Below, one piece after another: positions 54,516 to 64,000 of a stretch of DNA of 64,000 nt. The stretch covers positions 1,757,091-1,821,090 of the forward strand of contig CAVSTP010000004.1 in the NCBI GenBank assembly GCA_963730935.1, in the 5' to 3' direction. The notes beneath the pieces were generated by a model. That model was not told the origin of the DNA. It searched no databases and was given only the letters and a program-made list of their open reading frames with translations. The translations under genes and the position numbers were made by a program. This DNA comes from an uncultured Nitrospiraceae bacterium. Lineage in GTDB: Bacteria; Nitrospirota; Nitrospiria; Nitrospirales; Nitrospiraceae. Each line of letters opens with the position of its first letter. The stretch's first letter is position 1.

Positions 54516-55640
54516 ATGGAAGTTCGAAAATCACAATCGTCACAAGTACTGCGCGGTAAGACCGACAGGAGCCTAGAGGACGAGCGCGACAAGACTGACG
54601 AATATCTCGAACACACTATCACGAAGGTCGAGGAGTCGACCACAGACAAAGTCCGGTCGATTCGGCTGGCCACCGATAACGCTCTCGAAAGTGAGCGTGA
54701 GGAAGTGGACCTTGATAAGGAGCAACAGCATGACGTCATGGGTCTTTCACCTTCATCAATGGATGAGGACTTGTTACGTCAAGAACGGGAACGGACAGAC
54801 AAACTCAAGGCCATTGAGCGCGAACAAGTCGATCGGGTTCAAACCCAGGAGCGCATCAAAAAACAACAGATCGCTGAAGCGCTCCTTGAACAAGAGCGGA
54901 AACAAACGGACAGCAATTTGCTCGATGAACGAGTCCACGTCGACACGGAGCTGATTACCCGAGATCAATTTGTGGCGATTGTCAGTCACGACTTGAAAAA
55001 TTCCATCGTCGCGATTGCTATTGGTGCGCGTTTGATGCGAAGAGGGCTGTCTCACGATGCGGCCGACCCGGGTCGGGTGCTCGAAAACCTTGCCCTTATC
55101 GAGCAGGCCGCCGCAGGCATGGACCGTATGATTGGCGATCTCCTTGATGTGGAGCAAGTGGCACAGGGCCAGCTCAGACTGAAACCAGAAAACGTCGCCA
55201 TTGGCACATTACTACAAGACTGCAGGGACCTATTCGCTCCAGAGATCTCAAGTAAGTCATTTTCCATGAACATTCATCTATCCCCTGAGCCGATAGTAGC
55301 CGAGGTCGATCGCGACAGAATGCTTCAGGTATTGTCCAACTTGGTCGGCAACGCCCTGAAGTTCACGCCCGATGGAGGCAGCATTACGCTATCTGCGAAG
55401 AAACAGGAGAGCCACATTGAAGTGTCAGTCACCGACAATGGCCCGGGAATCCCAGAACAGGACACGAGGAAAATTTTCGAGCGGTTCTCGCAGCTAAAAC
55501 GGAAGGACCGTCGTGGCCTCGGCCTCGGCCTGTATATTGCCAAGTGGATTGTCGAGGCTCATCACGGTCGGATTTGGGTGACCTCGGAGGTGGGAAGAGG
55601 CAGCACATTTACCTTCACTATTCCAATTCCCTCACTATGA
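54516..55640 (+). CDS. cytoplasmic sensor histidine kinase with charged coiled-coil N-terminus
   Basis: SHDLKN, NLVGNALKFTP, DNGPGI, GLGLGL. Confidence 0.92.
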   Translation: MEVRKSQSSQVLRGKTDRSLEDERDKTDEYLEHTITKVEESTTDKVRSIRLATDNALESEREEVDLDKEQQHDVMGLSPSSMDEDLLRQERERTDKLKAIEREQVDRVQTQERIKKQQIAEALLEQERKQTDSNLLDERVHVDTELITRDQFVAIVSHDLKNSIVAIAIGARLMRRGLSHDAADPGRVLENLALIEQAAAGMDRMIGDLLDVEQVAQGQLRLKPENVAIGTLLQDCRDLFAPEISSKSFSMNIHLSPEPIVAEVDRDRMLQVLSNLVGNALKFTPDGGSITLSAKKQESHIEVSVTDNGPGIPEQDTRKIFERFSQLKRKDRRGLGLGLYIAKWIVEAHHGRIWVTSEVGRGSTFTFTIPIPSL

Positions 55641-55901
55641 AAGTATGGGGCCAAAGAGGAGAAAATCCTGCCGCATACAATTATCAAAGGAATCGCGATT
55701 TCGGGTTAACAAGAGCTGCCCACGGTCCCTGTAAGCCATTGATCTTACATGATGCTCTTTGCCGCTGTTTGACCCTCCTAAATCTCACAACGCCTTGAAA
55801 ACCTTTATTTGTGGGTCCTGGGCCGCCTAGAGCCTGCAGCTCGAATCGCAGTTCTCGCGACTGACGTCCTTTTCATGAGAGAGCGTCTGGAGAGATGACG
55901 T

Positions 55902-56402
55902 ATGGCCATCAAGGATCTGTTGCCAAAGAGAACTGTCGATTTTCTTGGGCCTAAACCACCGCTCCCAAAAAGATACCGCCGCATTACTTCGTTCCACGAC
56001 CCAGAGGGTCACTGGCAGGTTGATGCGGAATTTCCCGATGAACGAAAAGTGCCTGGTCAAGCAGTTTCGGCCATCGTGACAGTCTTTCCTGGTATGATGC
56101 CGCGTGACTGGAAAATCGTGCAGCGTGAGGTTTCAAAACTTCTCTCACAGCCACAACGAACGAAGGGAAAACCGGGCTTGTCGAGTGAGAAACGTGGACT
56201 GCTGGAACGCGCAATTGTGACTGTCGGGCCTCCTAATCGAAACCAGACTCAAGCCCAGAATGTCTCGGCAATTCTTGAACATATGAAAAGTCATGGGCAG
56301 CCTGTGTCTCAATCCACCGTACTGAAGCGATACCGACAATGGCTTGATGCCAACCAGTACCCGAAAAAGCGGTACATTCCCGACCGTGACCTAAAGTTTT
56401 AA
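55902..56402 (+). CDS. hypothetical basic protein, possible C-terminal DNA-binding region
   Basis: GGAG RBS, 166-aa ORF first in the element. Confidence 0.55.
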   Translation: MAIKDLLPKRTVDFLGPKPPLPKRYRRITSFHDPEGHWQVDAEFPDERKVPGQAVSAIVTVFPGMMPRDWKIVQREVSKLLSQPQRTKGKPGLSSEKRGLLERAIVTVGPPNRNQTQAQNVSAILEHMKSHGQPVSQSTVLKRYRQWLDANQYPKKRYIPDRDLKF

Positions 56403-56459
56403 ACCCACCCCAATTTAAATATTCCCTCAAAAACATACCTTTAAGTTTTAATCGCCCTC

Positions 56460-56669
56460 ATGCCGATGGCGATCAAGACAGTGTCTGCCGAAGACCTTCG
56501 TGCAGCAATAGCACGGAGCGGAATTCCTGCTTACGTGATCGGCGCACGGGCACGCGTGAATCCTATCAAACTTTCTCGGCTAGTCCGCGGCCATGATCCA
56601 ATAACCTCCAATCTCGCCGTGCGCCTGCTCCATGCCATTCAGCAAGAGGAGACCGCCAATGGCCGCTAA
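56460..56669 (+). CDS. small HTH (Cro/XRE-like) protein
   Basis: LRAAIARSGIPAYVIGARARVNPIKLSRLVRG. Confidence 0.65.
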   Translation: MPMAIKTVSAEDLRAAIARSGIPAYVIGARARVNPIKLSRLVRGHDPITSNLAVRLLHAIQQEETANGR

Positions 56670-57810
56670 TCAACAGACAAGCGTCCTTGATGAGATTTAT
56701 GAATTTTTAGGACGGTTCGTCGCCTATCCTTCAGATGACGCCCATGTCGCACACACCCTTTGGATCGCACATGCCCACCTCATGAAGGAATGGGAATCCA
56801 CTCCGCGCATTGCATTCTTATCACCGGAGCCTGGCAGCGGGAAAACACGCGCCCTTGAAGTGACTGAGACGCTTGTCCCCAATCCGGTCGAAACGATCAA
56901 CAGTTCCCCTGCCTACATCTTCCGACGGATTGGGGCCGATCCGACCAGTCTTCCGACGATCCTTCATGACGAGATCGACACCATCTTCGGTGACAAAGCC
57001 CGCGAGCATGAAGACATGCGGGCGATCATCAACGCCGGCCACCGCCGGGGGGCAACCGCTGGACGGTGTGTGGTGAGAGGGAAGACGGTCGAGACCGAGG
57101 AGTTTCCAGCCTTCTGCGCTGTCGCGATGGCGGGCCTGGGCAATCTGCCCGATACGATTCTGACACGGTCGGTCGTGATCAAAATGCGACGTCGAGCGCC
57201 AACCGAGATCGTAGAGCCCTATCGGCGACGCCTCCATGCCCCTGAAGGTCATCGACTCCGAGAGCGACTGGCCCAATGGGCCAAGGACGTGACACCAATC
57301 CTCAACACAATGCCGATCATGCCGGAAGGCATCGAGGACCGCAATGCCGATGTCTGGGAAGCCCTCTTGAGTCTCGCTGATGCCGCAGGAGGGGACTGGC
57401 CAGACCGGGCCAGGGTAGCGGCGGTAGCGCTTGTAGCGGACGCGGCGGGGGAGAGGGGCAGCCTAGGAGTCCGTCTCTTAAAGGATATTCGGACGGTGAT
57501 CGGGGAACGGGATGGGATGTGGACGGATGAACTCCTAGCAGGCCTTTGCGTATTAGAGGAATCACCGTGGGGCGATCTGAATGGGAAACCCATCAATGAC
57601 AGAAGATTGGCGGATTTCCTTCGTCCTTATGGTGTGAGACCTGGGCAAGTGAAACTGACTGGGACAAACAAACGAGGCTACACACGAGGGGCGTTCCATG
57701 ACGCGTGGGCTAGGTATTTGACGGTTGACCGTGATCCCTCTCTCCCCCCTGCGTGGGGCGCTACCTCCGCTACTACCGTTACCGACGAACAGGTGATCAA
57801 TGTGGATTGA
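56659..57810 (+). CDS. DUF3631 P-loop replication protein
   Basis: SPEPGSGKT Walker A, ILHDEID Walker B, DRNADVWEALL, LADFLRPYGVRP...RGY...FHDAWARY. Confidence 0.88.
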   Translation: MAANQQTSVLDEIYEFLGRFVAYPSDDAHVAHTLWIAHAHLMKEWESTPRIAFLSPEPGSGKTRALEVTETLVPNPVETINSSPAYIFRRIGADPTSLPTILHDEIDTIFGDKAREHEDMRAIINAGHRRGATAGRCVVRGKTVETEEFPAFCAVAMAGLGNLPDTILTRSVVIKMRRRAPTEIVEPYRRRLHAPEGHRLRERLAQWAKDVTPILNTMPIMPEGIEDRNADVWEALLSLADAAGGDWPDRARVAAVALVADAAGERGSLGVRLLKDIRTVIGERDGMWTDELLAGLCVLEESPWGDLNGKPINDRRLADFLRPYGVRPGQVKLTGTNKRGYTRGAFHDAWARYLTVDRDPSLPPAWGATSATTVTDEQVINVD

Positions 57811-58186
57811 AGCCTCGCAACCATTACGACTGAGGTTCAAAGACGGTGATGATTTGCACCTGAGACCAGGCTGTCCTGTTGAAGTCCCGGATGACGCCGG
57901 AAATAGGGTCTTGGCGAAAGGAGGCGGCAAAATCCGCATAGTTGATCGACCTCAATCAGACGTCGTCATCGAACCGGCCATGAAACCCGATGGGTCAGCG
58001 CTCAGTCCGATCCACTTTAAAGACCTACACGGGAAGATCTTCGGCCCGGCACATGTCGAATTTGTCGCCAAGACGATCAACGAACAGTTTTGGGTGGTTG
58101 TGAATTACGAGGGTAGTCTTCGCTGGATCCTGTCTGATCGACTGCGAGCGAACCCAAGGGGAGACCGACAACGGGCCGACGGGTGA
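57800..58186 (+). CDS. hypothetical protein
   Basis: Overlaps the end of the DUF3631 gene. Confidence 0.6.
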   Translation: MWIEASQPLRLRFKDGDDLHLRPGCPVEVPDDAGNRVLAKGGGKIRIVDRPQSDVVIEPAMKPDGSALSPIHFKDLHGKIFGPAHVEFVAKTINEQFWVVVNYEGSLRWILSDRLRANPRGDRQRADG

Positions 58187-58664
58187 ACTGAAGAAGAAAG
58201 AGGACTTGTCCGTGTCGATGACAGGAGTAGCGCAAAGCGGCCTGATCACCAGGCTGGTGGAGATCCTCGCGTGGACGAGTTGAAACCGAATCCGTTGCCG
58301 GAGGAGTTGATCGAATCGCTTTCCGATTCACTCGCCGCCCTGAGGGATGCGCCCTATGACGACGGTGACAACCGGAGAAGAAGAGATCGGGCTGGAGGCA
58401 GGCAAACGAGGCCGATCAGGCCCGCCAAATTGGAAGTTGCCTTAACGGATTAACATCCCCCCTTTTACAGGGGGGTGGCGATAGAGAAGGAGAGGTTGGG
58501 AACTGGTTTTTGGGAGTCAGAGGGTAGGATGCTGTCCAATCGGTCTGAGATTATGAAAGTCTATCTGGTGCAAGCCCCAGAAAATGGGTTGGGAGAAAAT
58601 GTGGAAGGCCAAAGACTTGGGGAAACTCAAGGCCATGGAGCAGGAACAGAGGATTAGAAAATAG

Positions 58665-59039
58665 ATGGCCGTTCTCGAAGAGAAGCCCGCGAAGCGCCAG
58701 AAATACGGAGGGCGCGTGAAGGGCAGTAGAAATCGCATCAAGAATTGGGAACTTGTAAAGACCTGCCAGGCGGAAGCGCCGTTGGCCATTCGGCGCTTGA
58801 AGGAAATTGCGAATGATCGCGATGACCTTCGCGCTGCATGCCAAGCGTCCACTGTCATTCTCGCCTACGGGTACGGCAAACCTCGTGAACGCTTCGAAGT
58901 CACCGGCACACTGCGCCTAGAGCAAGAGATGGCGCAAGCCGCCGCGATGATTAAACAGCAACTCCTGGCGATCGTCAGCGGAGCCTCGCACGATGACGGC
59001 GTCCGTCCGGCGGTGCGAATCGGCGTGACCGTGATGTGA
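58665..59039 (+). CDS. terminase-small-subunit-like (DUF5681-type) protein
   Basis: GGRVKGSRN and ILAYGYGKP motifs. Confidence 0.6.
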   Translation: MAVLEEKPAKRQKYGGRVKGSRNRIKNWELVKTCQAEAPLAIRRLKEIANDRDDLRAACQASTVILAYGYGKPRERFEVTGTLRLEQEMAQAAAMIKQQLLAIVSGASHDDGVRPAVRIGVTVM

Positions 59040-59084
59040 TATGAACGCTGCCCTCAACCCTGGCCGAGAGAGGAACGATCCCCG

Positions 59085-59327
59085 ATGAACGACCTACGGC
59101 CCATCCCGACCCCCGATCACCAGCCTGACCGCGTACGTACGCTTTCTATGGTACCCTCTTGCCCGATCTGCGGACAGCCGTTGCGGGGTCGGCAGACCGT
59201 TTGCTCGGGTCGTTGCCGGATTGACCGGTCAAGACGACGCCGAAGCCAGAAAAAGAACGACCAGGACGCGAAGATCCGCCTACTCTTACACGAGGCCTTA
59301 CACCTACTCAGCGAGACAACCTCATGA
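59085..59327 (+). CDS. small Zn-ribbon protein
   Basis: CPIC...CSGRCR. Confidence 0.6.
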   Translation: MNDLRPIPTPDHQPDRVRTLSMVPSCPICGQPLRGRQTVCSGRCRIDRSRRRRSQKKNDQDAKIRLLLHEALHLLSETTS

Positions 59328-59703
59328 GCAACAACCCTCTGTGGCTTCAGGTTTTTGCTGCGTTCAAGGAGCATAAGATTGCTCAGACGCCGCAAGCAAA
59401 TCTCAATCGCATTGCCGCAAAGTGCATTCTCCGTCAGACGTTTGAACCGACCAATTGTCACATTCATGAGGAGGTCCTCTCTCCGAGAGATCTCCAACAC
59501 CTCGTCCTCTACAGTACTGACGATGATTGCCCCCATCGGGTAGTTGAGCCGATCATCGTCTTGGCCTATGGCGGGCACGTCTAGTCATTGACGGCAGACG
59601 ACGTGTTACCAAATGGTTGAAAGAGAAAGCGATCAAGCCTCGAAAAGCCATTATTCTCACACCGCATATCTAGCACTTTACTTGTAAATAAGTGGGGCTT
59701 ATA

Positions 59704-59907
59704 ATGGTACCGCACACACTAGCCATGAACGTAAAGAGACTTCGCGCCAAACGTGGAATGACTCAAATCGAACTAGCCAAGCGCTCAAAGGTAAGCCAGG
59801 CGTTCATCGCGCAATTGGAAACTAGCGAACAGACGAATCCCAGACTCGAAACGCTGCGACGGCTGGCGAAGGCGCTGCGATGCACGATTGCACAACTCGT
59901 GGAGTAA
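59704..59907 (+). CDS. XRE family HTH regulator
   Basis: LRAKRGMTQIELAKRSKVSQAFIAQLE...NPRLETLRRLAKAL. Confidence 0.9.
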   Translation: MVPHTLAMNVKRLRAKRGMTQIELAKRSKVSQAFIAQLETSEQTNPRLETLRRLAKALRCTIAQLVE

Positions 59908-59910
59908 CTG

Positions 59911-60936
59911 ATGGAATCTGATGCTCGACACCAATCAATGCCTGCACACCGGCTTTCTCTCGCCCGTGAACTCCTGGATGACATTGAGATGAGTCGTTTA
60001 GCGCCAGAATCTCTGTTGTTGAAAGCATCGCGGTTGGCTCGGTTGCTTGAGGCATCGGAGATTCAAGAGTGGCTTGATATAGAGTTGAAAGGGTATCTGG
60101 ATGTGTCTGTGGGGAAGTTGGTACCCAATGCCATCAAGCATGGCCTCCGAACTGGGCGAACCACGAACCTGAAGGCTTCTCAACCAGGGGTCAACATCAA
60201 TGGGTACTGGCAACCCTACGCAGGTCTATTGGCTTGGATTCGCGCCATGGAGGCGGAACTACAAAGCCTCAAAGTACCAAACATCAACTATGCGCCTTCG
60301 AGTGCAAATCCTCAGGAGTATGTAGGTGGAATGTTTGGGACGAATATCACGGCGGCTATAGCACCGGTAACTTCCGTCATGCAACGCATGCAGACCCTAA
60401 CTGCTGAGATCTCTTAGATTCGTGGGGTCGCCTCAAAAATTATTGCACTGTTGCACGATTTTGTCGCCAAATCCTACTACGAGCTAGCTTTTAAGGGTGT
60501 GGCCGAATCTATATTCGAGTCCATGAAAAAGGAAACCGATACACAGCTTGCTCAAGCTGCCGGTGACGCTTTGCAGAAAATTCCAGCGATTGTTGAACGA
60601 TTGTCTACTGGTGGATCGGAGGCGATCAGCCATGCAATGTCGAGCGGGCGTCGTGTTCTAGCTGCGCTTGCAGACTCTCTACAACCGCCGAGCGATGAAA
60701 AATTGCCATATGGAAACGAGTTTTTGGAGGCAGGTGAAGATAAGTACCTCAATCGACTCCGCTATTTTCTGCGACAACGCTGCAAGAGCGGGCACAGGGA
60801 GGACCGTCTTAAACATGCTCTTACAGATCTGAACGCTCGTTTCAGCGCTGGGACCCATGACGATGTCACGCCGGAAGAGGCGAGGGCCTTGTTCGTGATC
60901 CTGTATGTCACATTGGGCGAAATCGTGACGTTGTAG
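59911..60936 (+). pseudogene. AbiTii-like protein interrupted by one in-frame TAG (60415-60417)
   Basis: LLLKASRLARLL...WLDIELKGY N-terminus; ORFs 59911-60417 and 60451-60936 are in the same frame. Confidence 0.65.
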
Positions 60937-60942
60937 GCTTAG

Positions 60943-61158
60943 GTGATGACCTGGACCGCCGAAAAACCCACACACCCAGGTTGGTATTGGTACCGAGCCG
61001 CGCCGAATGCGCCGCCGTATCCGGTCAAGGTTTTCGACGCCAATCAGATCGTGTACGTCTGGCCGGTCAATGATCATGCCACCAAAGAGGAAAACGTCAC
61101 GGTGCGTCTGTCGGATACCGGCGGCGAGTTTGCGGGGCCGATGGAGCCGCCAGCATGA
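60943..61158 (+). CDS. small phage-like hypothetical protein
   Basis: WTAEKPTHPGWYWYR...FAGPMEPP. Confidence 0.65.
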   Translation: MMTWTAEKPTHPGWYWYRAAPNAPPYPVKVFDANQIVYVWPVNDHATKEENVTVRLSDTGGEFAGPMEPPA

Positions 61159-61210
61159 TTGCGGTCCACACACGTGAAGGATGATCCCCAGCCTGGGGAC
61201 TGGAGACGAT

Positions 61211-61522
61211 ATGGATGCCAAGCCGATGATGCTGTTGTGCGCTCTGGCTCTCATGACGGGGTGCATAAACATCACGACCCGCCAGCAGCCTGAAGATACT
61301 TCGGTGAAAGAAGTACTCTATGGCGAAGACTGCGCCGTGATCATCTTTGTCTTTGGATATGGTACTGCAAGCGTAGAACAAGCTATGGCAAAAGGAGGGC
61401 CAGACAAAGACTTCGCCAACTTTAAAAACCACCAGCAAATCACCAAGATTCGTCGCGTTGAGTGGAATGACGCGGTGTTCTTGTTATTTGGTAAGCGCTG
61501 CGTTCGAGTGGTAGGAGAATAA
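61211..61522 (+). CDS. TRL/Bor-like small lipoprotein
   Basis: LMTGC lipobox, GEDC..FGYGTASVEQA..ITKIRRVE..CVRVVGE. Confidence 0.6.
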   Translation: MDAKPMMLLCALALMTGCINITTRQQPEDTSVKEVLYGEDCAVIIFVFGYGTASVEQAMAKGGPDKDFANFKNHQQITKIRRVEWNDAVFLLFGKRCVRVVGE

Positions 61523-61601
61523 CCATGATCGCCGCCATCTATGCGGAACCGATGGAGCCGCCAACGTGACGGCAAGAAAGAAAAGCGGCGGTAGGGGCTA
61601 A

Positions 61602-62252
61602 ATGCTTCAGAATCTGTATCGTTGGATAACCCAGGTTGCTCGCTGGATCGCCGAGCCGTCGCTGGGTTGGTTGGCACTAGCAGTGACTGCGGGCATTCCG
61701 ACCGTGATTTTCATATTGCCGATCCCTACAGGCGACCAGTTTCGATGCTCTGGACTAGCTTTCGAGTTGCTCGGAATAGCAGTGGTTTGGGGTGGCTTGC
61801 GGGACAGACGTATTCTGTTCGGCAGACAAAGCACGTTTGACTGGGCTGCAGGTTGGTTCAAGCGGTTCCCTCGTTTTCGAGCGCGACACATTACGTTAGA
61901 GGCTGGGGCAGGTGCAATGGGGATAGCAAGCGCACAAGGAAGACTAGGGACCTGGAAGAACACTTTGCCGAATTCGTCCATCAATGATCGAGTAGCTATG
62001 CTGGAAGCGAACATTCAGACACTTCGTACCGAGCAAGCGGACCTGGAACAAAGACTTCAGCAAGAAACGCGGGAAAGAGAGAAGGCAGCCAAGGTGGACC
62101 GAGAAAAACAAGAAGCAAATTACAAGGAGATCTCTACAAAACTCGACTCACTAGGCGCTGGAAATCTACCACTGGAAGCCCTTGGCCTATTTTGGCTCAT
62201 CGTAGGTGTCATCTTGAGCACGTGGTCGTCGGGGTCAGTTTCGCAAGGATAG
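61602..62252 (+). CDS. hypothetical membrane protein with coiled coil
   Basis: N- and C-terminal TM segments flanking a heptad-rich region. Confidence 0.65.
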   Translation: MLQNLYRWITQVARWIAEPSLGWLALAVTAGIPTVIFILPIPTGDQFRCSGLAFELLGIAVVWGGLRDRRILFGRQSTFDWAAGWFKRFPRFRARHITLEAGAGAMGIASAQGRLGTWKNTLPNSSINDRVAMLEANIQTLRTEQADLEQRLQQETREREKAAKVDREKQEANYKEISTKLDSLGAGNLPLEALGLFWLIVGVILSTWSSGSVSQG

Positions 62253-62325
62253 GTTGCAGCTTACTTCTACAGAGGGAGGAGACCATGGCACGACGGGGTG
62301 ATGGACTCTATCTGCGAGGTAACAC

Positions 62326-64000
62326 ATGATCTGCGCCACCTATGCCAGAAAAAGCACCGAGCAGAACGGCGTGAATGATGAAGCGAAATCGGTCACGCGG
62401 CAGATCGAGCACGCCAAAGCATATGCCAAGAAGAAAGGCTGGCGCGTCGCAGATGAACACGTCTACAGCGACGACGGCATTTCGGGGGCGGAATTTGCCA
62501 AGCGCCCAGGTCTGACGCGGTTACTCGCGGCGCTCAAGCCGAAGCCCCCCTTCCACATTCTCATCATGTCGGAAGAGAGCCGTCTGGGCCGCGAAAGCAT
62601 CGAGACCGCCTATATCCTCAAGCAACTCATCTGCGCCGGAATCCGCATTTTTTTCCATCTGGAGGATCGCGAGCGCACGCTCGACTCCCCGACCGAGAAG
62701 ATCATGCTGCAACTGACGAACTTCGCCTCGGAGATGGAGCGCGAGCAGGCCCGTCTCCGCACTTTCGACGCCATGCAGCGAAAGGCCAAAGCCAGACACG
62801 TCTGCGGTGGTCGGGTGTTCGGATATACCAATGTGAATGTGTCGGGCACAAATGTGGATGCAAATGGGCAGGCGAAACGCTCGCACGTCGAACTACGCAT
62901 TAACGACGAAGAAGCCGCCGTCGTGCGTCGGATCTTCCAACTCTACGCGGCGGGCCACGGCTTCATCACCATCGCCAAGACACTGAATGCTGAACATGCG
63001 CCTTGCCCGCGTCCGCGTCCGACAAACGGCAAGCCGGTCGGCTGGGCAGGCTCGTCGGTGCGGGAGATCGTGTTGCGCCGGTTGTATCGCGGCGAGCGGA
63101 TCTGGGGGAAGACGAAGAAGCGCGACAAGTGGGGACGGAAAAAACCGCATCGTCGCCCTGAGCAGGACTGGCTCATCGAGCAGGTACCTCACTTGCGGAT
63201 CGTCGCCGAATCACTGTGGCAAGATGCACAAGACCGATGGAAGAACAACCGGCAGTTTTATCTGCGCTCGACCAACGGCCAATTGCATGGCCGCCCAGTG
63301 AATGGCAAAGAGTCTCCCTATCTCTTCACCGGCTTCACATCCTGCGAACACTGTGGCGGGATCGCTCTACGTCCGCAGTCATGCCTACGGCAACCGGCGC
63401 ACGTTTCATTACGCCTGCCGGACGCATTATCACCGTGGACCCGAGAGTTGTCCCGAGTCGATGCTGCTGCCGATGGCGGACGTGGATCGAGCGATCCTTG
63501 GATCAGATCGAGCAAGACATTCTCCAGCCGCCGATCATCGCCAAGGCCATCGAAAAGGCACTCAAGCAACTGCATGCGCCGGGTGAGAGCCCGGAAACGC
63601 GACGTGCCGGGCTTCAGAAAGAATTGCGACAGATCGAGGCGGAACTGCCGCGACTCACGGCGGCGATTGCTGCCGGAGGCACCTTGCAGACGTTGCTCGC
63701 AGCGGTCCACGAGCGCGAGAGCCGACGCACGCAGGTTCAAGCGGAATTGGCGTTGCTCAACGGCACGAGCGTCACGCCGTTCGATGCGGAGCGCACCGAG
63801 GACGAGTTGCGGGGTTACTTGAAGGACTGGTCAGGCTTGGCCCAACGGCATCCGGTGCAGACGCGGCAGATCCTGCGCAAATTGCTGCCGGAGAAGCGGC
63901 GCATTCGCCTCAGGCACGAAGGCGATGGGCGCTATCGCTTCTCCGGCGAAGCTGCCGTAGGCCGTCTGTTCAGAGGATTGGCCGTGGGTACATACCTTGG
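62326..64000 (+). CDS. large serine recombinase, frameshifted after ~63360, continuing past the window end
   Basis: YARKST catalytic Ser, DDGISG, SRLGR, recombinase domain, CEHCGG Zn ribbon, coiled coil; final frame reads GEAAVGRLFRGLAVGTYLG at 64000. Confidence 0.9.

Larger units (their letters stand above)
55902..64000 (+). mobile_element. satellite-like integrative element (serine-recombinase type); left boundary uncertain
   Basis: Co-oriented HTH, DUF3631 replicase, TerS-like, XRE, AbiTii-like and large serine recombinase genes; no capsid/tail genes recognised. Confidence 0.75.

Noticed and set aside
55790..55829. Another recombinase tail (TFICGSWAA*) marking the satellite's left end
   Set aside because: No recognisable core upstream; may be chance.
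61142..61570. TGGAGCCGCC as tRNA-Thr 3'-end att sites
   Set aside because: The match is only ~10 nt, lacks the T-loop, and is explained by the PMEPP coding sequence and its local duplication.
1..64000. CRISPR array
   Set aside because: Repeats are kilobases apart with gene-sized intervals; no regular repeat-spacer run and no cas genes recognised.

Overview
This 64-kb window is an accessory island region from a bacterium that is probably Nitrospira-like (inferred from gene content such as a DUF3015 protein and a giant MnxG-type multicopper oxidase cluster). No rRNA, complete tRNA or CRISPR array was seen. Cargo modules, in order: FG-GAP lipoprotein, giant multicopper oxidase operon with a sigma-54-type two-component system, arsenic resistance cluster, RidA and lytic transglycosylase, porin and APC permease, a FadL/patatin/sulfatase module, GH63 glucosidase and SemiSWEET, and Hsp20/glgX stress genes. 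At the right end is a satellite-like integrative element (DUF3631 replicase, XRE regulator, AbiTii-like gene, large serine recombinase). The most striking structure is a set of same-orientation recombination-site-like repeats between the modules. (i) Seven copies of a tRNA-Glu-3'-end-like core (TGGTGTCCCCAACGGGA); five are followed by an alternative recombinase-like C-terminal tail ending in Ala-Ala-stop, three of them fully open. The recombinase ORF runs toward the same core at the window edge. (ii) A ~130-bp repeat running from a tRNA-Thr(CGT) anticodon-arm fragment to tandem GGTAGCA heptamers. Together these suggest a tandem cassette-accretion array whose recombinase may swap a degron-like tail on recombination. 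All product calls come from motif recognition, not database searches.
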